A DNA stretch of 64,000 bases from an uncultured delta proteobacterium (GCA_963711835.1 CAVQFQ010000005.1:256001-320000), one strand, 5' to 3'; shown: positions 18,593 through 30,962, numbered from the stretch's first letter. Translations and numbers: made by a program. Notes: generated by a model not told the origin, from the sequence alone.

Positions 18593-19672
18593 CTAATTTC
18601 CTATCGGACCAGGAAATGGAGCCAGATTAATGCCTCCGCAGGAAGCCTCAACCGGCACGGTCACCGCACTGGACATATGGAGGCCGGCCCAACCGGGGAT
18701 GAAGGCTGAAAAACGGCCGGCCGTTCCGCCGGCCATAATAAGCAGAATGCTTTCCGGCGAAGAAACGGCCCTGACCAGGATTTTTTCATCTTCCGGGGTT
18801 GGTTTGGCTTCAATCATCCCGCCCCGAATCAAATCTATTCGGGGCCGGGCGGCCTTCTCATAAAGGAACTGTCTCACGGCCTGCTTTTTCCAGCCGGCCG
18901 CTGCCAGGGCTTCATAATGCTCCCGGCAGATGATGACCGCACACCCGCTGTCACCCCCCATATTAAAACTTCCCAGGGCCCTCATCCGATCCGCTATGGT
19001 CAGGAGAATATTTTCAGCCTTGAGGGCGGTATGGTTCTGGACCTGGTTGGGGCCTTCGGCCGCCATGACCGTCACCGCGCTTACCTCCCGCGGCAGTCCC
19101 CGAGTCACCTGAAGCGGCTCCCAGAGGCTGTCCTCGTCCTCGGCCAGGCAATAGGTATATTTCCCGGGATGCCCCAGAGTGGCCCGGTCGAATTCCTTAC
19201 CTCCCAGGTTGAAAAGGATTAATCGCATAGCCCGGCCGATGGTGGCATTGGCCCGGTTGCCCGGGCCCATCAGATTTTGGCCGCTGTTTATCCCCAGTTC
19301 CTTAATGATCGGCCCATTGATAATCATTAGAATCGCCGCTCCGGCCGTGGTGGCCGTAACCCCGTGGAGTCCGAATTCCGGCTGAGAGACGGCCCGGACC
19401 GCCGCCGCGACCAGCGGAAAGTATTCCGGCAGACATCCGGCCATGACGGCATTGATGGCCACCTTTTCGGCTGTAAAAACCCGGTTGCGCTCGGGTATGC
19501 CCCCCAGTATCGTCTCCGGTTCGAGTCTGCAGGTTTCCAGAAAGGCGGCCACTTTTTCTTCCGTCGGCGGGACAACGGGCAAGCCGTCGGTCCAGCCCAG
19601 GTTAAAAAAATAATCCTGGACCTGATCCGGATTCTCGAAATCAATTTTTTTTGAAATCAGACTGGTCAGCAT
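18593..19672 (-). CDS. Conserved hypothetical protein, partner of the UGSC (seleno)protein
   Basis: GWTDGLPVVPPT, EKVAINAVMAGCLPEYFP, GNRANATIGRAMRL, LGHPGKY motifs; co-oriented upstream of the UGSC gene. Confidence 0.85.
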   Translation of the reverse strand: MLTSLISKKIDFENPDQVQDYFFNLGWTDGLPVVPPTEEKVAAFLETCRLEPETILGGIPERNRVFTAEKVAINAVMAGCLPEYFPLVAAAVRAVSQPEFGLHGVTATTAGAAILMIINGPIIKELGINSGQNLMGPGNRANATIGRAMRLILFNLGGKEFDRATLGHPGKYTYCLAEDEDSLWEPLQVTRGLPREVSAVTVMAAEGPNQVQNHTALKAENILLTIADRMRALGSFNMGGDSGCAVIICREHYEALAAAGWKKQAVRQFLYEKAARPRIDLIRGGMIEAKPTPEDEKILVRAVSSPESILLIMAGGTAGRFSAFIPGWAGLHMSSAVTVPVEASCGGINLAPFPGPIGN

Positions 19673-19925
19673 TGGCTTTCCTTTGCAGCGGCTGGTTGTT
19701 ATAATTGAGAGCAAGGAACAGTTACCGTTTTAGAAGCTGTTTATCACCGCCCACTCGTCCCGCCCCGGCGCGACTTGTTCAAGGCGCAGGGCGCCCCGCC
19801 TTTTCCGTCAAAGCAAGAGGGAGTTTTCGGATTATATCAAACCGGAGCCGGATCTCCAGCACTAATTTTCCTTCCCCGGAAATAATTTTCTTTTTAAGCG
19901 GTCCTTTTTCTGGTAGAAATTTCCC

Positions 19926-20672
19926 ATGAGTCTTCAACCCCCTTCAACCGTCACCCTTTTTATTCCCTGCCTGATGGATGCACTATATCCCCAGACCGCC
20001 CGGGATCTGGTTTCCCTCTTAAAAAAATTGGGTTTCAGAGTCGATTTCCCCTTGGAGCAAACCTGCTGCGGCCAACCGGCCTTCAATCAGGGTTTTTTTC
20101 CGCAGGCCCGGACCCTGGCCAGACGCTTTCTGACCATTTTTGACCAGGCCGAACTTATCGTCTGCCCTTCCGGCTCCTGCACCGCCATGGTTAAAAACCA
20201 TTATCTGGATCTTTTTCCGCAGGAACCGGAGTGGCTGGCCAAGGCCCGAAAAACGGCCAAGAAGATCTTTGAGGTCACCCAGTTCCTGCACCAATTCGGT
20301 TTAACTGAAAAAATTCAATCTTCCTTTCCCTTTAGGGTCACTTACCACGATGCCTGCCATTCCAACCGGATACTCGGGATCTTTCAGGAGCCCCGGGAGC
20401 TCCTGGCCCGGACCCGGGGGCTGCAATTAATTGAAATGGAATCTTCCGACAAATGCTGCGGCTTCGGAGGTCTGTTTTTTAAAAAATTCCCTCACATCTC
20501 AAAGGCCATCGGAATGGAAAAGGTGGAAGCCATCAAAAAAACCGAGGCCCAGTGGGTGGTCAGTAATGAGCCGGGCTGCCTGATGCAAATCCAGTCCGGA
20601 CTTTTTGAGCAGAAAATCCCGATCGGTATTAAACATATCATTGAAATCCTGAATGCCTCTTTTCCGGACTAA
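19926..20672 (+). CDS. lutA: Lactate utilization Fe-S protein LutA/LldE (CCG domains)
   Basis: QTCCGQPAFN, PSGSC, TYHDACH, CCGFGG. Confidence 0.88.
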   Translation: MSLQPPSTVTLFIPCLMDALYPQTARDLVSLLKKLGFRVDFPLEQTCCGQPAFNQGFFPQARTLARRFLTIFDQAELIVCPSGSCTAMVKNHYLDLFPQEPEWLAKARKTAKKIFEVTQFLHQFGLTEKIQSSFPFRVTYHDACHSNRILGIFQEPRELLARTRGLQLIEMESSDKCCGFGGLFFKKFPHISKAIGMEKVEAIKKTEAQWVVSNEPGCLMQIQSGLFEQKIPIGIKHIIEILNASFPD

Positions 20673-20675
20673 TCG

Positions 20676-22037
20676 ATGAAGATAGAGACCGAACACTTCA
20701 AACAGAAGGCCGACCAGGCGGTCCAGAATGCCGCCATGCAAAGGGCCTTAGCCCGAGCCACACAACGGTTTTCTTTAAGCCGGGCCCGGGTCTTCCAGGA
20801 CCTGCCCGAGGGGGAGGACCTCAGAACCCAGGCCCACGGGATTAAGGCCGAAGTCATGGATCATTTGGAGTTCTATCTGGAGCAACTCAAAACCTCGGCC
20901 GAAGCCCTGGGGGTGAAGGTGTTTCGGGCCCAGGACGGTCAGGCCGCCTCCGGTTATATCCAAGACTTGATCCGGGCCAACCAGATCAAGACGGTGGTGA
21001 AAAGCAAATCCATGACCACGGAGGAAATCGATTTAAATCAAGACCTGGGACGGACCGGTACCGAAGTCTGGGAAACGGACCTGGGGGAATTCATTATTCA
21101 ACTGGCGGAGGAACCGCCCTCCCATATTATCGGTCCGGCCATCCACAAATCCCAAAAAGAGATCGCCCGGCTCTTTGCCGACCGCCTCGGGGTCCCGGTT
21201 TACGAGACCCCGGAAGAATTAACCATGGTGGCCCGGGAATTTCTTCGGGAAAAATATTTTCAGGCCGGCCTGGGCATCAGCGGGGCGAATTTCGCCCTGG
21301 CCCAAACCGGGACCTTAGTCATCGTCGAGAATGAGGGCAATGCCCGATTCTGCACCACCTTTCCCAGGATCCATGTGGCCGTCATGGGAATAGAAAAGGT
21401 AATTCCCGGTACGGAGGAACTGGCGGTTTTTCTCAAGCTCCTGGCCCGCAGCGCCACCGGCCAAAAATCCTCCACCTATGTTTCCCTGATCCGGGGACCG
21501 TCCCGGTCGGCTGAAGCGGACGGCCCTGAAGAAGTACACCTGATCCTGCTTGACAACGGACGATCCCGGATCCTCCGGGACCCGATTCTGCGGCCCTCAT
21601 TGTATTGCGTCCGCTGTGGGGCCTGCTTGAACGTCTGCCCGGTCTATCAAAAAATCGGAGGCCATGCCTATGGCTGGGCCTATAGCGGACCCATAGGGGC
21701 CTTGATCGTCCCCCAATACCTGGGTCTGCTGCGGGCCAGGGATTTACCGATGGCCTCGACCCTTTGCGGGGCCTGTGCGCAGGTATGTCCGGTCAGGATC
21801 CCCATTCCGGACCTCTTGTTGGAGCTGAGGCGGCAGATTCAGGAACAGGGCGCCGCTTGGGGAGAAAAAAACTTGATCCGCTTCTGGGCCGCCTTGCAGA
21901 AACATCCGAGGTGGGTTCAGCCTTTCTTCTGGTTCATTAAAAAAATGGCCGGGCTTTTCCCTAAGCCCTTTCCTCCTGGTTTGACCTTTCCGGAGAAGAG
22001 CTTCCATCAATGGTGGCAGGATGAAAAGCCAGACTGA
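20676..22037 (+). CDS. lutB: Lactate utilization protein LutB/LldF
   Basis: KSKSMTTEE, ETDLGEFIIQL, ENEGN, CVRCGACLNVCP, STLCGACAQVCP. Confidence 0.92.
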   Translation: MKIETEHFKQKADQAVQNAAMQRALARATQRFSLSRARVFQDLPEGEDLRTQAHGIKAEVMDHLEFYLEQLKTSAEALGVKVFRAQDGQAASGYIQDLIRANQIKTVVKSKSMTTEEIDLNQDLGRTGTEVWETDLGEFIIQLAEEPPSHIIGPAIHKSQKEIARLFADRLGVPVYETPEELTMVAREFLREKYFQAGLGISGANFALAQTGTLVIVENEGNARFCTTFPRIHVAVMGIEKVIPGTEELAVFLKLLARSATGQKSSTYVSLIRGPSRSAEADGPEEVHLILLDNGRSRILRDPILRPSLYCVRCGACLNVCPVYQKIGGHAYGWAYSGPIGALIVPQYLGLLRARDLPMASTLCGACAQVCPVRIPIPDLLLELRRQIQEQGAAWGEKNLIRFWAALQKHPRWVQPFFWFIKKMAGLFPKPFPPGLTFPEKSFHQWWQDEKPD

Positions 22038-22602
22038 TCTCCTGAAACAACTGGAACAGGAACTGCTCTATCTTCAAGCCAAGACCTACCGGGCCCATAC
22101 TCCGGGAGAGCTGGAGGGCCTGTTGGATGCCCTTGGCGCACCCTACGCTCCGGAAAAAATCGCCGTTGAAGATCGCCCATTCCTGCGGGATCTGAAATGG
22201 GATAGAGGTCGGATAGGTCCCGGGGCAAACCACCGGGACAATCACTGGGAGGCAGTCCGGAACATCGACTTGGGCCTGACCGGGGTGGATTACGCCCTGG
22301 CCGATACCGGGACACTGGTCCTTTTTGCCGGTACGGCCAAAGGCCGATGGGTCTCTCTGGCCCCCCGGATCCATGTGGCCCTTCTCCCTTTAGGAAGAAT
22401 CCTCCCCTCCCTGGATGAATTTTTTTCCCTGTTGGCCACCCCTGATATTCTGGCGGCTTCCGGAAGCGCTGTTACCTTCATAACCGGCGCCAGCCGGACA
22501 GCCGACATCGAGCTGAACCTGGTTATGGGCGCCCATGGACCTAAGGAACTCCATGTCATTACCTTGTTGTTTCCAACGGGAAGCTTGAACTCCGCCGGCT
22601 AA
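22021..22602 (+). CDS. lutC: Lactate utilization protein LutC/LldG (LUD domain)
   Basis: ADTGTLV, ITGASRTADIE...GAHGPKEL. Confidence 0.9.
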   Translation: MKSQTDLLKQLEQELLYLQAKTYRAHTPGELEGLLDALGAPYAPEKIAVEDRPFLRDLKWDRGRIGPGANHRDNHWEAVRNIDLGLTGVDYALADTGTLVLFAGTAKGRWVSLAPRIHVALLPLGRILPSLDEFFSLLATPDILAASGSAVTFITGASRTADIELNLVMGAHGPKELHVITLLFPTGSLNSAG

Positions 22603-22720
22603 AGATCTTGAATCCGGCGCCTATTATGAATATAGTGATTCCAATGGAATCTGTTACTGTCCTGGAAAAGGCCGGACGCGCCATCGTCCAGCCCACCTAT
22701 TCCTCAAGGAGCCATCAGCT

Positions 22721-23704
22721 ATGTCTATGACTATTGAAGGGACCGGTTCCTATGTCCCGCCCCGTATTTTGCCCAATCGCGAACTGGAACAGATGATGGA
22801 GACCACAGATGAATGGATCACCCAGCGGACCGGGGTCCGGGAGCGGCGGGTGGCCGAGCCGGGCGTAACCGCTTCGGACCTGGCCCTGGAGGCCTCCAAA
22901 GCGGCCCTGGATATGGCCGGTTTTGACCTGAACCGGCTGCAGTTGATCATCATGGCCACGATCACTCCCGATACCCATTGCCCGGCCGGAGCCAATTGGC
23001 TTCAGGCCAAATTAGGGGCTCATCAGGCCGTCACCTTCGATGTGACCGCGGCCTGTTCCGGATTTATCTTCGGCTTGAATGTGGCCGAACAGTATTTAAA
23101 GGCCGGTACGGTTGATAATGTCCTGGTGGTCGCTTCCGAGATCATGACCCGGACCTTAAACTGGAAGGACCGCTCTTCGGCCATTCTCTGGGGCGATGGA
23201 GCCGGCGGGGCCTTGCTCTCCCGCAGCGGTGCAGGTCCGGAGATCCTCTCTACCCACATCCACACCGATGGGGCCAATGGGGCCAACCTGCTGATGCCCG
23301 GTGGAGGATCCAAGACAACGCCTATTTCACACGAAAGCGTGGATAAGGATCTGCATACCCTGAAGATGATCGAGGCCAGTGCCTCGGTTCGGGTTGCGGT
23401 AAAACATTTTGCCGGGGCCTGTCTTGAGGCCGTGGAAGCCCACGGGGTCTCCCTGGAGGAGGTGGACTGGTTTATTCCCCATCAGGCCAACTTGCGTATG
23501 CTGCAGTCCGTGGCCAAACGCCTGAATGTACCCTTTGAAAAATTTTACATCACCGTCCATAAATATGGAAACATCTCTTCGGCCTCTATCCCTATTGCCC
23601 TGGATGAGGCGGTCCGCACCGGGGCCATCCAGAAAGGTCACCTGGTAGTCCTGACGGCCTTCGGCGGCGGACTCACCTGGGGAAGCGCTTTGATACGCTG
23701 GTAA
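22721..23704 (+). CDS. fabH: 3-oxoacyl-ACP synthase III family
   Basis: AACSGF, GDGAG, PHQAN, YGNISSAS, FGGGLTWG. Confidence 0.92.
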   Translation: MSMTIEGTGSYVPPRILPNRELEQMMETTDEWITQRTGVRERRVAEPGVTASDLALEASKAALDMAGFDLNRLQLIIMATITPDTHCPAGANWLQAKLGAHQAVTFDVTAACSGFIFGLNVAEQYLKAGTVDNVLVVASEIMTRTLNWKDRSSAILWGDGAGGALLSRSGAGPEILSTHIHTDGANGANLLMPGGGSKTTPISHESVDKDLHTLKMIEASASVRVAVKHFAGACLEAVEAHGVSLEEVDWFIPHQANLRMLQSVAKRLNVPFEKFYITVHKYGNISSASIPIALDEAVRTGAIQKGHLVVLTAFGGGLTWGSALIRW

Positions 23705-23754
23705 GGGGCCGATGGCTTATTGAGAAAAAAATTCTCGCAGATGAGGAGGAAACC

Positions 23755-26532
23755 ATGAAGAAGAAACCTTCACAGTCCCCTACACCCGGAAGCCGGGCCG
23801 GGGCGAGCAGAGAAAAAAAATATGTCTATTTTTTCGGAGAAGGACAGGCCGACGGCCATGCCGGGATGAAAAACCTCCTGGGAGGAAAAGGGGCCAATAT
23901 CGCCGAGATGACCAACTTGAACATCCCTGTTCCCCCGGGTTTTACCATCACCACCGAGGTCTGCACCCTTTTCTTCAAAAACCGCCGCCAGTATCCGGAG
24001 AATCTCCCCAAACAGGTGGATGCGGCCATGGTCAGGGTGGAAAAGATTATGGGAAGGAAATTTGGCGACCCCGACAACCCCCTTCTGGTATCGGTCCGTT
24101 CCGGGTCCAGGAAATCCATGCCCGGTATGATGGAGACAGTTCTCAATGTGGGCCTCACCGAACAGACCATTCCGGGGATGATCAAGCGAACCGGAAACGA
24201 GCGGTTTGTCTATGACGCCTATCGCCGGCTTTTGATGATGTACTCCGATGTGGTCATGGAAAAGGCCCAGGGTCTGGAGTCGGCTGAAGACGATGGGATC
24301 CGAGAAAAACTGGAAAAGGCGCTGGCGTTATTGAAAAAAAAGAAAGGGGTTCAAAACGATACCGAACTTTCCACCGAAGATCTGAAAACCCTCTGCCTGG
24401 AATTTAAAAGAATCATCCGCGAAACCTTGAAGGAGGATTTCCCGGATGATCCCAAGCAGCAACTTTGGGGCGGTATCGGTGCGGTTTTTCAATCCTGGAT
24501 GGGGAAACGGGCCGTTTCTTACCGGAAAATAGAAAGGATCCCCGAGGACTGGGGTACGGCGGTCAGTGTTCAGGCCATGGTTTTTGGAAATACCGGCGAC
24601 AACTCAGCCACCGGGGTGGCCTTCACTCGAAACCCGGCTACGGGCGAGGCTGTTTTTTTCGGGGAATGGCTGCCCAACGCCCAGGGGGAGGACGTGGTGG
24701 CCGGAATTCGAACCCCCAACCCCATCAATCGGGCCGGCAAGACCGAAGATACCATGCACCTGCATTCTCTGGAAGGGGCGATGCCTAAGCTTTACAAGCA
24801 GCTCTTTCAGATCCAGAAAAGACTGGAAACCCATTACCAGGACATGCAGGACATCGAGTTTACTATTGAAGAAGGAAAACTCTGGATGCTCCAGACCCGG
24901 GTAGGAAAACGTACCGGTACGGCCGCAGTCCGTATGGCTGTCGACATGGTCAAGTCGAAATTAATATCTCGGGAAACGGCCCTGCTGCGGATCAACCCCG
25001 AGCATTTTGATGAGCTCCTGCATCCCAGCGTGGATCCCAAGGACGAAGAAAGGGGACTGGAACTGGCCAAGGGATTGCCGGCCGGTCCGGGTGGGGCCAT
25101 CGGCCGTATTGTCTTCACCGCCGATGACGCCGAAACCTGGGCCAACCGGGGAGAAAAAGTCATCCTGGTCCGGAACGAGACCTCTCCGGAGGACGTCCAC
25201 GGCATGCACGCCGCCGCCGCCATCCTGACCGCCCGGGGAGGCATGACCAGTCACGCCGCCCTGGTCGCCCGGGGTTGGGGCAAATGCTGCATCGTCGGCT
25301 GTAGTGAATTGAATATAGACCTCCCCAACAAAACCCTTCAGGTCCGCGGCCGGATCCTTCACGAAGGGGACTGGATCACCATGGATGGAACCCGCGGCCG
25401 GGTCTATGACGGCAAACTCCGTCTTTTGCCGGCTGACCCGAAGACCAATCCCTGGTATAAGGAAATCATGAAATGGGCCGACCAGGTCCGGCGCTTGAAG
25501 GTCTGGACCAATGCCGACCGCCCGGAAGATGCCGCCCTGGCCAGGACCTACAAGGCCGAAGGCATCGGCCTTTGCCGCACCGAACACATGTTTTTCGAAA
25601 TGGGTCGCATCAAGGCCATGCGGGAGGTCATCCTTTCGGATACCGAGGACGGGCGGCGCAAGGCATTGGCCAAGCTGCTGCCCATGCAAAAGCAGGATTT
25701 CATCGGGATCTTCCGGGCCATGGAAGGCCTGCCGGTTACTATCCGCCTGCTGGATCCCCCCCTCCATGAATTTCTGCCCCAGAACAACAAGGAACTGGAA
25801 GATCTGGCCTATGATATGGACGTGCCTATCGCCCGGCTAAGGGCCAAAAACCGTTCCCTCCATGAATTCAATCCCATGCTCGGCCATCGGGGTTGCCGTC
25901 TGGCCATATCCTATCCGGAGATTTACGAAATGCAGGTCCGGGCCATCATGGAAGCGGCCTGCGAGTTGGCTAAACTCAAGGTCAAGGTCCTTCCCGAAAT
26001 CATGATTCCCATCGTCGGTCATGTCCTGGAGTTGGAGGATATGCGCCAATTGGCCGTAAAGGTGATCGAGGAGGTCCAGAAGAACTACCGGGTCAAGGTG
26101 CCCTACACCATCGGGACTATGATTGAATTGCCCCGGGCCTGCGTAACCGCCAATGAAATCGCTCGGCAGGCCGACTTTTTCTCCTTTGGGACCAATGACC
26201 TCACCCAGACCGTCTTTGGCCTATCCCGGGATGACGCCGGGAAATTCCTTCATTTCTATCTGGAAAAAAACATCCTGGAGGATGATCCCTTTGTTACCAT
26301 AGATATCAAGGGGGTGGGGGCCCTGATGCGGGAGGCGGTCGAAAAAGGAAGGAAGGAAAAACCCGGCTTAAAAATAGGCATCTGTGGAGAACACGGCGGG
26401 GAACCAAGGTCCGTGGAATTCTGCCATCAGATCGGCCTGGATTATGTCAGTTGTTCCCCTTTCCGGGTACCCATCGCCCGCCTGGCCGCAGCCCAGGCAG
26501 CCTTGAAGTATCCCGAACGCAAAAAGAAATAA
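23755..26532 (+). CDS. ppdK: Pyruvate, phosphate dikinase
   Basis: LLGGKGAN, GGMTSHAALVAR, GLCRTEHMF, SFGTNDLTQ, GICGEHGG. Confidence 0.98.
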   Translation: MKKKPSQSPTPGSRAGASREKKYVYFFGEGQADGHAGMKNLLGGKGANIAEMTNLNIPVPPGFTITTEVCTLFFKNRRQYPENLPKQVDAAMVRVEKIMGRKFGDPDNPLLVSVRSGSRKSMPGMMETVLNVGLTEQTIPGMIKRTGNERFVYDAYRRLLMMYSDVVMEKAQGLESAEDDGIREKLEKALALLKKKKGVQNDTELSTEDLKTLCLEFKRIIRETLKEDFPDDPKQQLWGGIGAVFQSWMGKRAVSYRKIERIPEDWGTAVSVQAMVFGNTGDNSATGVAFTRNPATGEAVFFGEWLPNAQGEDVVAGIRTPNPINRAGKTEDTMHLHSLEGAMPKLYKQLFQIQKRLETHYQDMQDIEFTIEEGKLWMLQTRVGKRTGTAAVRMAVDMVKSKLISRETALLRINPEHFDELLHPSVDPKDEERGLELAKGLPAGPGGAIGRIVFTADDAETWANRGEKVILVRNETSPEDVHGMHAAAAILTARGGMTSHAALVARGWGKCCIVGCSELNIDLPNKTLQVRGRILHEGDWITMDGTRGRVYDGKLRLLPADPKTNPWYKEIMKWADQVRRLKVWTNADRPEDAALARTYKAEGIGLCRTEHMFFEMGRIKAMREVILSDTEDGRRKALAKLLPMQKQDFIGIFRAMEGLPVTIRLLDPPLHEFLPQNNKELEDLAYDMDVPIARLRAKNRSLHEFNPMLGHRGCRLAISYPEIYEMQVRAIMEAACELAKLKVKVLPEIMIPIVGHVLELEDMRQLAVKVIEEVQKNYRVKVPYTIGTMIELPRACVTANEIARQADFFSFGTNDLTQTVFGLSRDDAGKFLHFYLEKNILEDDPFVTIDIKGVGALMREAVEKGRKEKPGLKIGICGEHGGEPRSVEFCHQIGLDYVSCSPFRVPIARLAAAQAALKYPERKKK

Positions 26533-26552
26533 AAAGCCCCTTGCAGGAAATC

Positions 26553-26688
26553 CGATACTGGATACTGGTTGCTGGATATTGGATAAAGTTTGGCGAACTA
26601 CCTCCCTTTTGATTTGACCCAGTATCCGGTATCGCTTTTTGCTTTTATCCAGTATCCAGAATCGTTTTTTGTCTTGATCCAGGATCCG
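26553..26688. repeat. Inverted arrays of short GGATACT/AGTATCC heptamer repeats
   Basis: gatactggatactggttgctggata ... ccagtatccggtatc ... tatccagtatccaga; near-copy inverted at 47344-47383. Confidence 0.7.
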
Positions 26689-26689
26689 G

Positions 26690-27961
<1,272 letters not shown>

Positions 27962-28023
27962 TCAACTGTCAGCCGTCGGCTTTCAGCTAAGGGCTGTTTT
28001 TCTCATCCTATATCGTTTCTCAT

Positions 28024-29202
28024 TCAGCGGCTTGTTTTCAGGCCGGCCTTTTCCCGCAGGAGTTCGGCCTTATCGGTCTTCTCCCAGGTAAAGCCCTCTT
28101 CATTCCGGCCGAAATGACCGTAGGCCGCAGTCTGCTTGTAAACAGGCCGCAGTAAATTCAAATGGCGGATAACCTCGGCCGGTTTGAAACTGAAGATTTC
28201 TCGAATAATTCGGTTGATATCCGAATCGGGGATCTTCCCGGTTCCGCGGGTATCCACAAAGATGGAAAGAGGCTCAGCCCTCCCAATGGTATAGGAAACC
28301 TGGAGGCGGCAGACTGTGGCCAATCCGGCGGCCACAACATTTTTAGCCACATACCGGGCCATATAGGAAGAACTTCGATCTACCTTGGAAGGGTCCTTGC
28401 CTGAGAAAGCCCCGCCGCCATGGCTCCCCCGGCCGCCGTAGCTGTCGGCAATGATCTTCCGGCCGGTCATCCCGCAATCCCCCAGAGGACCGCCGACCAC
28501 AAACCGCCCGGTGGTGTTGATAAAATACTGGGTCTTATTAGTCAAGAGCTTCGGCGGGATCACTTTTTTGATAACGGTTTCGATGATCCCTTCCTGTAAT
28601 TTTTTATAGGTCACATCCGGGTTGTGCTGGGCGGCAATAACAATCGCCGGTATGGATACCGGCTTACCGTCCTGGTATTCTACGGTAACCTGGGTCTTTC
28701 CATCGGGTCTCAAGAATTTGAGAATCCCTTTCTTGCGCACCTCCGCCAGACGCCGGGCCAAACGATGGGCATACCAGATCGGCATGGGCATCAGGTCCTT
28801 GGTCTCGTTGCAGGCATAACCGAACATCATCCCCTGGTCGCCGGCCCCCTGTTCCTTTTTCCCGTCCCGGGCATTCACGCCCTGGGCAATATCCGGGGAT
28901 TGTTTATCAATCGTGGTCAGAACGGCACAGGTTTCCCAGTCAAAGCCCATGGAAGAATCGTTGTAGCCGATCTCTTTTATGGTCTCCCGGACGATCCTGG
29001 GGATATCCACGTAACAGGTGGTGGTGATTTCTCCGGCGATCAAGGCTAAACCGGTGGTGACCAGGGTCTCGCAGGCCACCCGCCCTCTGGGATCTTCGCT
29101 TAAAATCGCATCCAGTATTCCGTCTGAGATCTGATCGGCTACCTTATCGGGATGACCTTCGGTCACGGACTCCGAGGTAAAAGAGTAATTGTGCCTGCTC
29201 AT
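28024..29202 (-). CDS. metK: S-adenosylmethionine synthetase
   Basis: [34 protein letters not shown]. Confidence 0.98.
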   Translation of the reverse strand: MSRHNYSFTSESVTEGHPDKVADQISDGILDAILSEDPRGRVACETLVTTGLALIAGEITTTCYVDIPRIVRETIKEIGYNDSSMGFDWETCAVLTTIDKQSPDIAQGVNARDGKKEQGAGDQGMMFGYACNETKDLMPMPIWYAHRLARRLAEVRKKGILKFLRPDGKTQVTVEYQDGKPVSIPAIVIAAQHNPDVTYKKLQEGIIETVIKKVIPPKLLTNKTQYFINTTGRFVVGGPLGDCGMTGRKIIADSYGGRGSHGGGAFSGKDPSKVDRSSSYMARYVAKNVVAAGLATVCRLQVSYTIGRAEPLSIFVDTRGTGKIPDSDINRIIREIFSFKPAEVIRHLNLLRPVYKQTAAYGHFGRNEEGFTWEKTDKAELLREKAGLKTSR

Positions 29203-29231
29203 GCTTATTCCCTCCTTAGGAAAAATGTCTT

Positions 29232-29259
29232 ATTATATTCTTTTGGTCCTATTTGTCAA
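29232..29259 (-). promoter_or_regulatory. sigma70 promoter of metK-ahcY
   Basis: TTGACA-16 bp-TATAAT, perfect hexamers. Confidence 0.75.
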
Positions 29260-29361
29260 GTTCAAAAATCCAAGCAAAATTATTTAATTAAGGCTCCTAG
29301 AGGTCTCCCGTCCACCCCTTGGAGTCAAAAATCTGCCGGATCCGGCCAAAAAAGGGTTTAC

Positions 29362-30018
29362 CTAAAGGCCGGTAAAGGGGATCGGATCCTTGGGACCGGA
29401 TGGATAGGAACTATCGGGAGAGACTAATCCCCCTGAAATAATGACCTTAAAAGCCGCTTCCACGGTCATCGTTAGGGGAATTAGATCCTTTTCCGGGACG
29501 ATTACATAGTATCCGGTAGTCGGATTGGGGGAGCAGGGGATAAAGACGTTCATCATGTCCGGGTTGGTCTTGGATTCCAGTTCCCCTTTCACCCTGCCGG
29601 CTACAAAGCCTAAGGAATACAAACCCGAACGGGGAAACTCCAGCATAACGACTTGCTTGAAATGGTTCCCCCGGCTGCTGAAGATGGCCTCGGTGAATTG
29701 TTTCAGGGCCAGGTAGATATTGCTGACGAAAGGGATCCGGCTGACCAAGAGTTCTCCGAGGGAAACCAGCTTCTTGCCGACATAATTACGGGTCAGGAGA
29801 CCGACGATAAAAACCAAAAGAGTTACCAAGACCACCCCTAAACCGGGCAGGTGAAAGCCAAGCAGGCTATCGGGATGATAATCCGCGGGAAGAACGGAGA
29901 CGATATCATCCATGACCCCGATCAGGACCTGGATGATATAGATGGTAATGGTAACGGGAACAACAACGATCAATCCGGTCAGGAGATACTTTTTGATCCA
30001 GGCCTTGAATGCCGGCAT
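29362..30018 (-). CDS. DUF502 family membrane protein
   Basis: RIPFVSNIY, EFPR.G, VFIPCSPNPTTGY, IISGG. Confidence 0.88.
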   Translation of the reverse strand: MPAFKAWIKKYLLTGLIVVVPVTITIYIIQVLIGVMDDIVSVLPADYHPDSLLGFHLPGLGVVLVTLLVFIVGLLTRNYVGKKLVSLGELLVSRIPFVSNIYLALKQFTEAIFSSRGNHFKQVVMLEFPRSGLYSLGFVAGRVKGELESKTNPDMMNVFIPCSPNPTTGYYVIVPEKDLIPLTMTVEAAFKVIISGGLVSPDSSYPSGPKDPIPFTGL

Positions 30019-30116
30019 CCTCTTTCCTCCTAAGCAGCCGGTGGTCCGGGGAACCTGCTTTGGACAGGTGGTGCCTGCCGGATTGTTGTTTGTAACCAGG
30101 TCCGTCTCATGGCTGT

Positions 30117-30962
30117 CTATTCCTCCAACAGGCAGTTGTCAATCAGACGGGTTTTCCCTACCCAGACCGCCAGGGCCAGCACTCCCCTATCCGTTATCAG
30201 GGGGATATCTTCCAGGGTTTCTGGATGGCAGATTTTAACATACTCAATTCGAGTCCGACCCGCGCCCAGGATGATTTTCCTGACCCGGTTCAGAATAACT
30301 TCAGAATGCGGTTCCCCTTTTTGATAAAGGGCTAGGGCCTCTTGTAAGGCCCTGGATAATGACCGGGCCGAAACTCTTTCCTCCGGCGAAAGATAGATAT
30401 TGCGGGAACTCAGGGCCAGGCCGTCGCTTTCGCGAACCGTGGGCCGTCCCACCACCTCCAGGTCCATGTTCAGGTCCCGGACCATTTGCCGGATGGCAAC
30501 TAATTGCTGAAAGTCTTTTTGTCCGAAGATGGCCAAATGGGGTTTGACGATCTGAAAGAGCTTACAGACCACTGTGGTAACGCCCTGAAAATGACCGGGA
30601 CGGCTGGCCCCGCAGAGGTTTTGGGTGACCTTATTAACCTCCACATAGGTTTGGAAATGATCGGGATAAAGGTCCCTGGCCTCCGGTGAAAAAATGAGGT
30701 CCACCCCGGCCCCCTCGGCCAAGCGGGCATCCCGCTCCGGATCGCGGGGATATTTTTCAAAATCCTCCTGGGGTCCGAATTGAAGGGGATTGACAAAGAG
30801 GCTGATCACCAGCAGATCGGCCTTCTCCCGACCGTATTCCATCAACGTCAGATGCCCTTCATGAAGATAGCCCATGGTAGGAACCAGAGCGATCCTCATC
30901 CCGGCCATCCGGCCGGCCTCAGCCAGCGATTGCATTTCAATAATATCGGTAATCGTTTTCAT
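30117..30962 (-). CDS. panC: Pantoate--beta-alanine ligase
   Basis: PTMGYLHEGH, FVNPLQF, RPGHFQGV, FGQKDFQQ, LALSSRN, RLIDN. Confidence 0.97.
   Translation of the reverse strand: MKTITDIIEMQSLAEAGRMAGMRIALVPTMGYLHEGHLTLMEYGREKADLLVISLFVNPLQFGPQEDFEKYPRDPERDARLAEGAGVDLIFSPEARDLYPDHFQTYVEVNKVTQNLCGASRPGHFQGVTTVVCKLFQIVKPHLAIFGQKDFQQLVAIRQMVRDLNMDLEVVGRPTVRESDGLALSSRNIYLSPEERVSARSLSRALQEALALYQKGEPHSEVILNRVRKIILGAGRTRIEYVKICHPETLEDIPLITDRGVLALAVWVGKTRLIDNCLLEE

Noticed and set aside
29203-29260. SAM/SAH riboswitch before metK-ahcY
   Set aside because: The consensus promoter leaves only about 25 nt of leader
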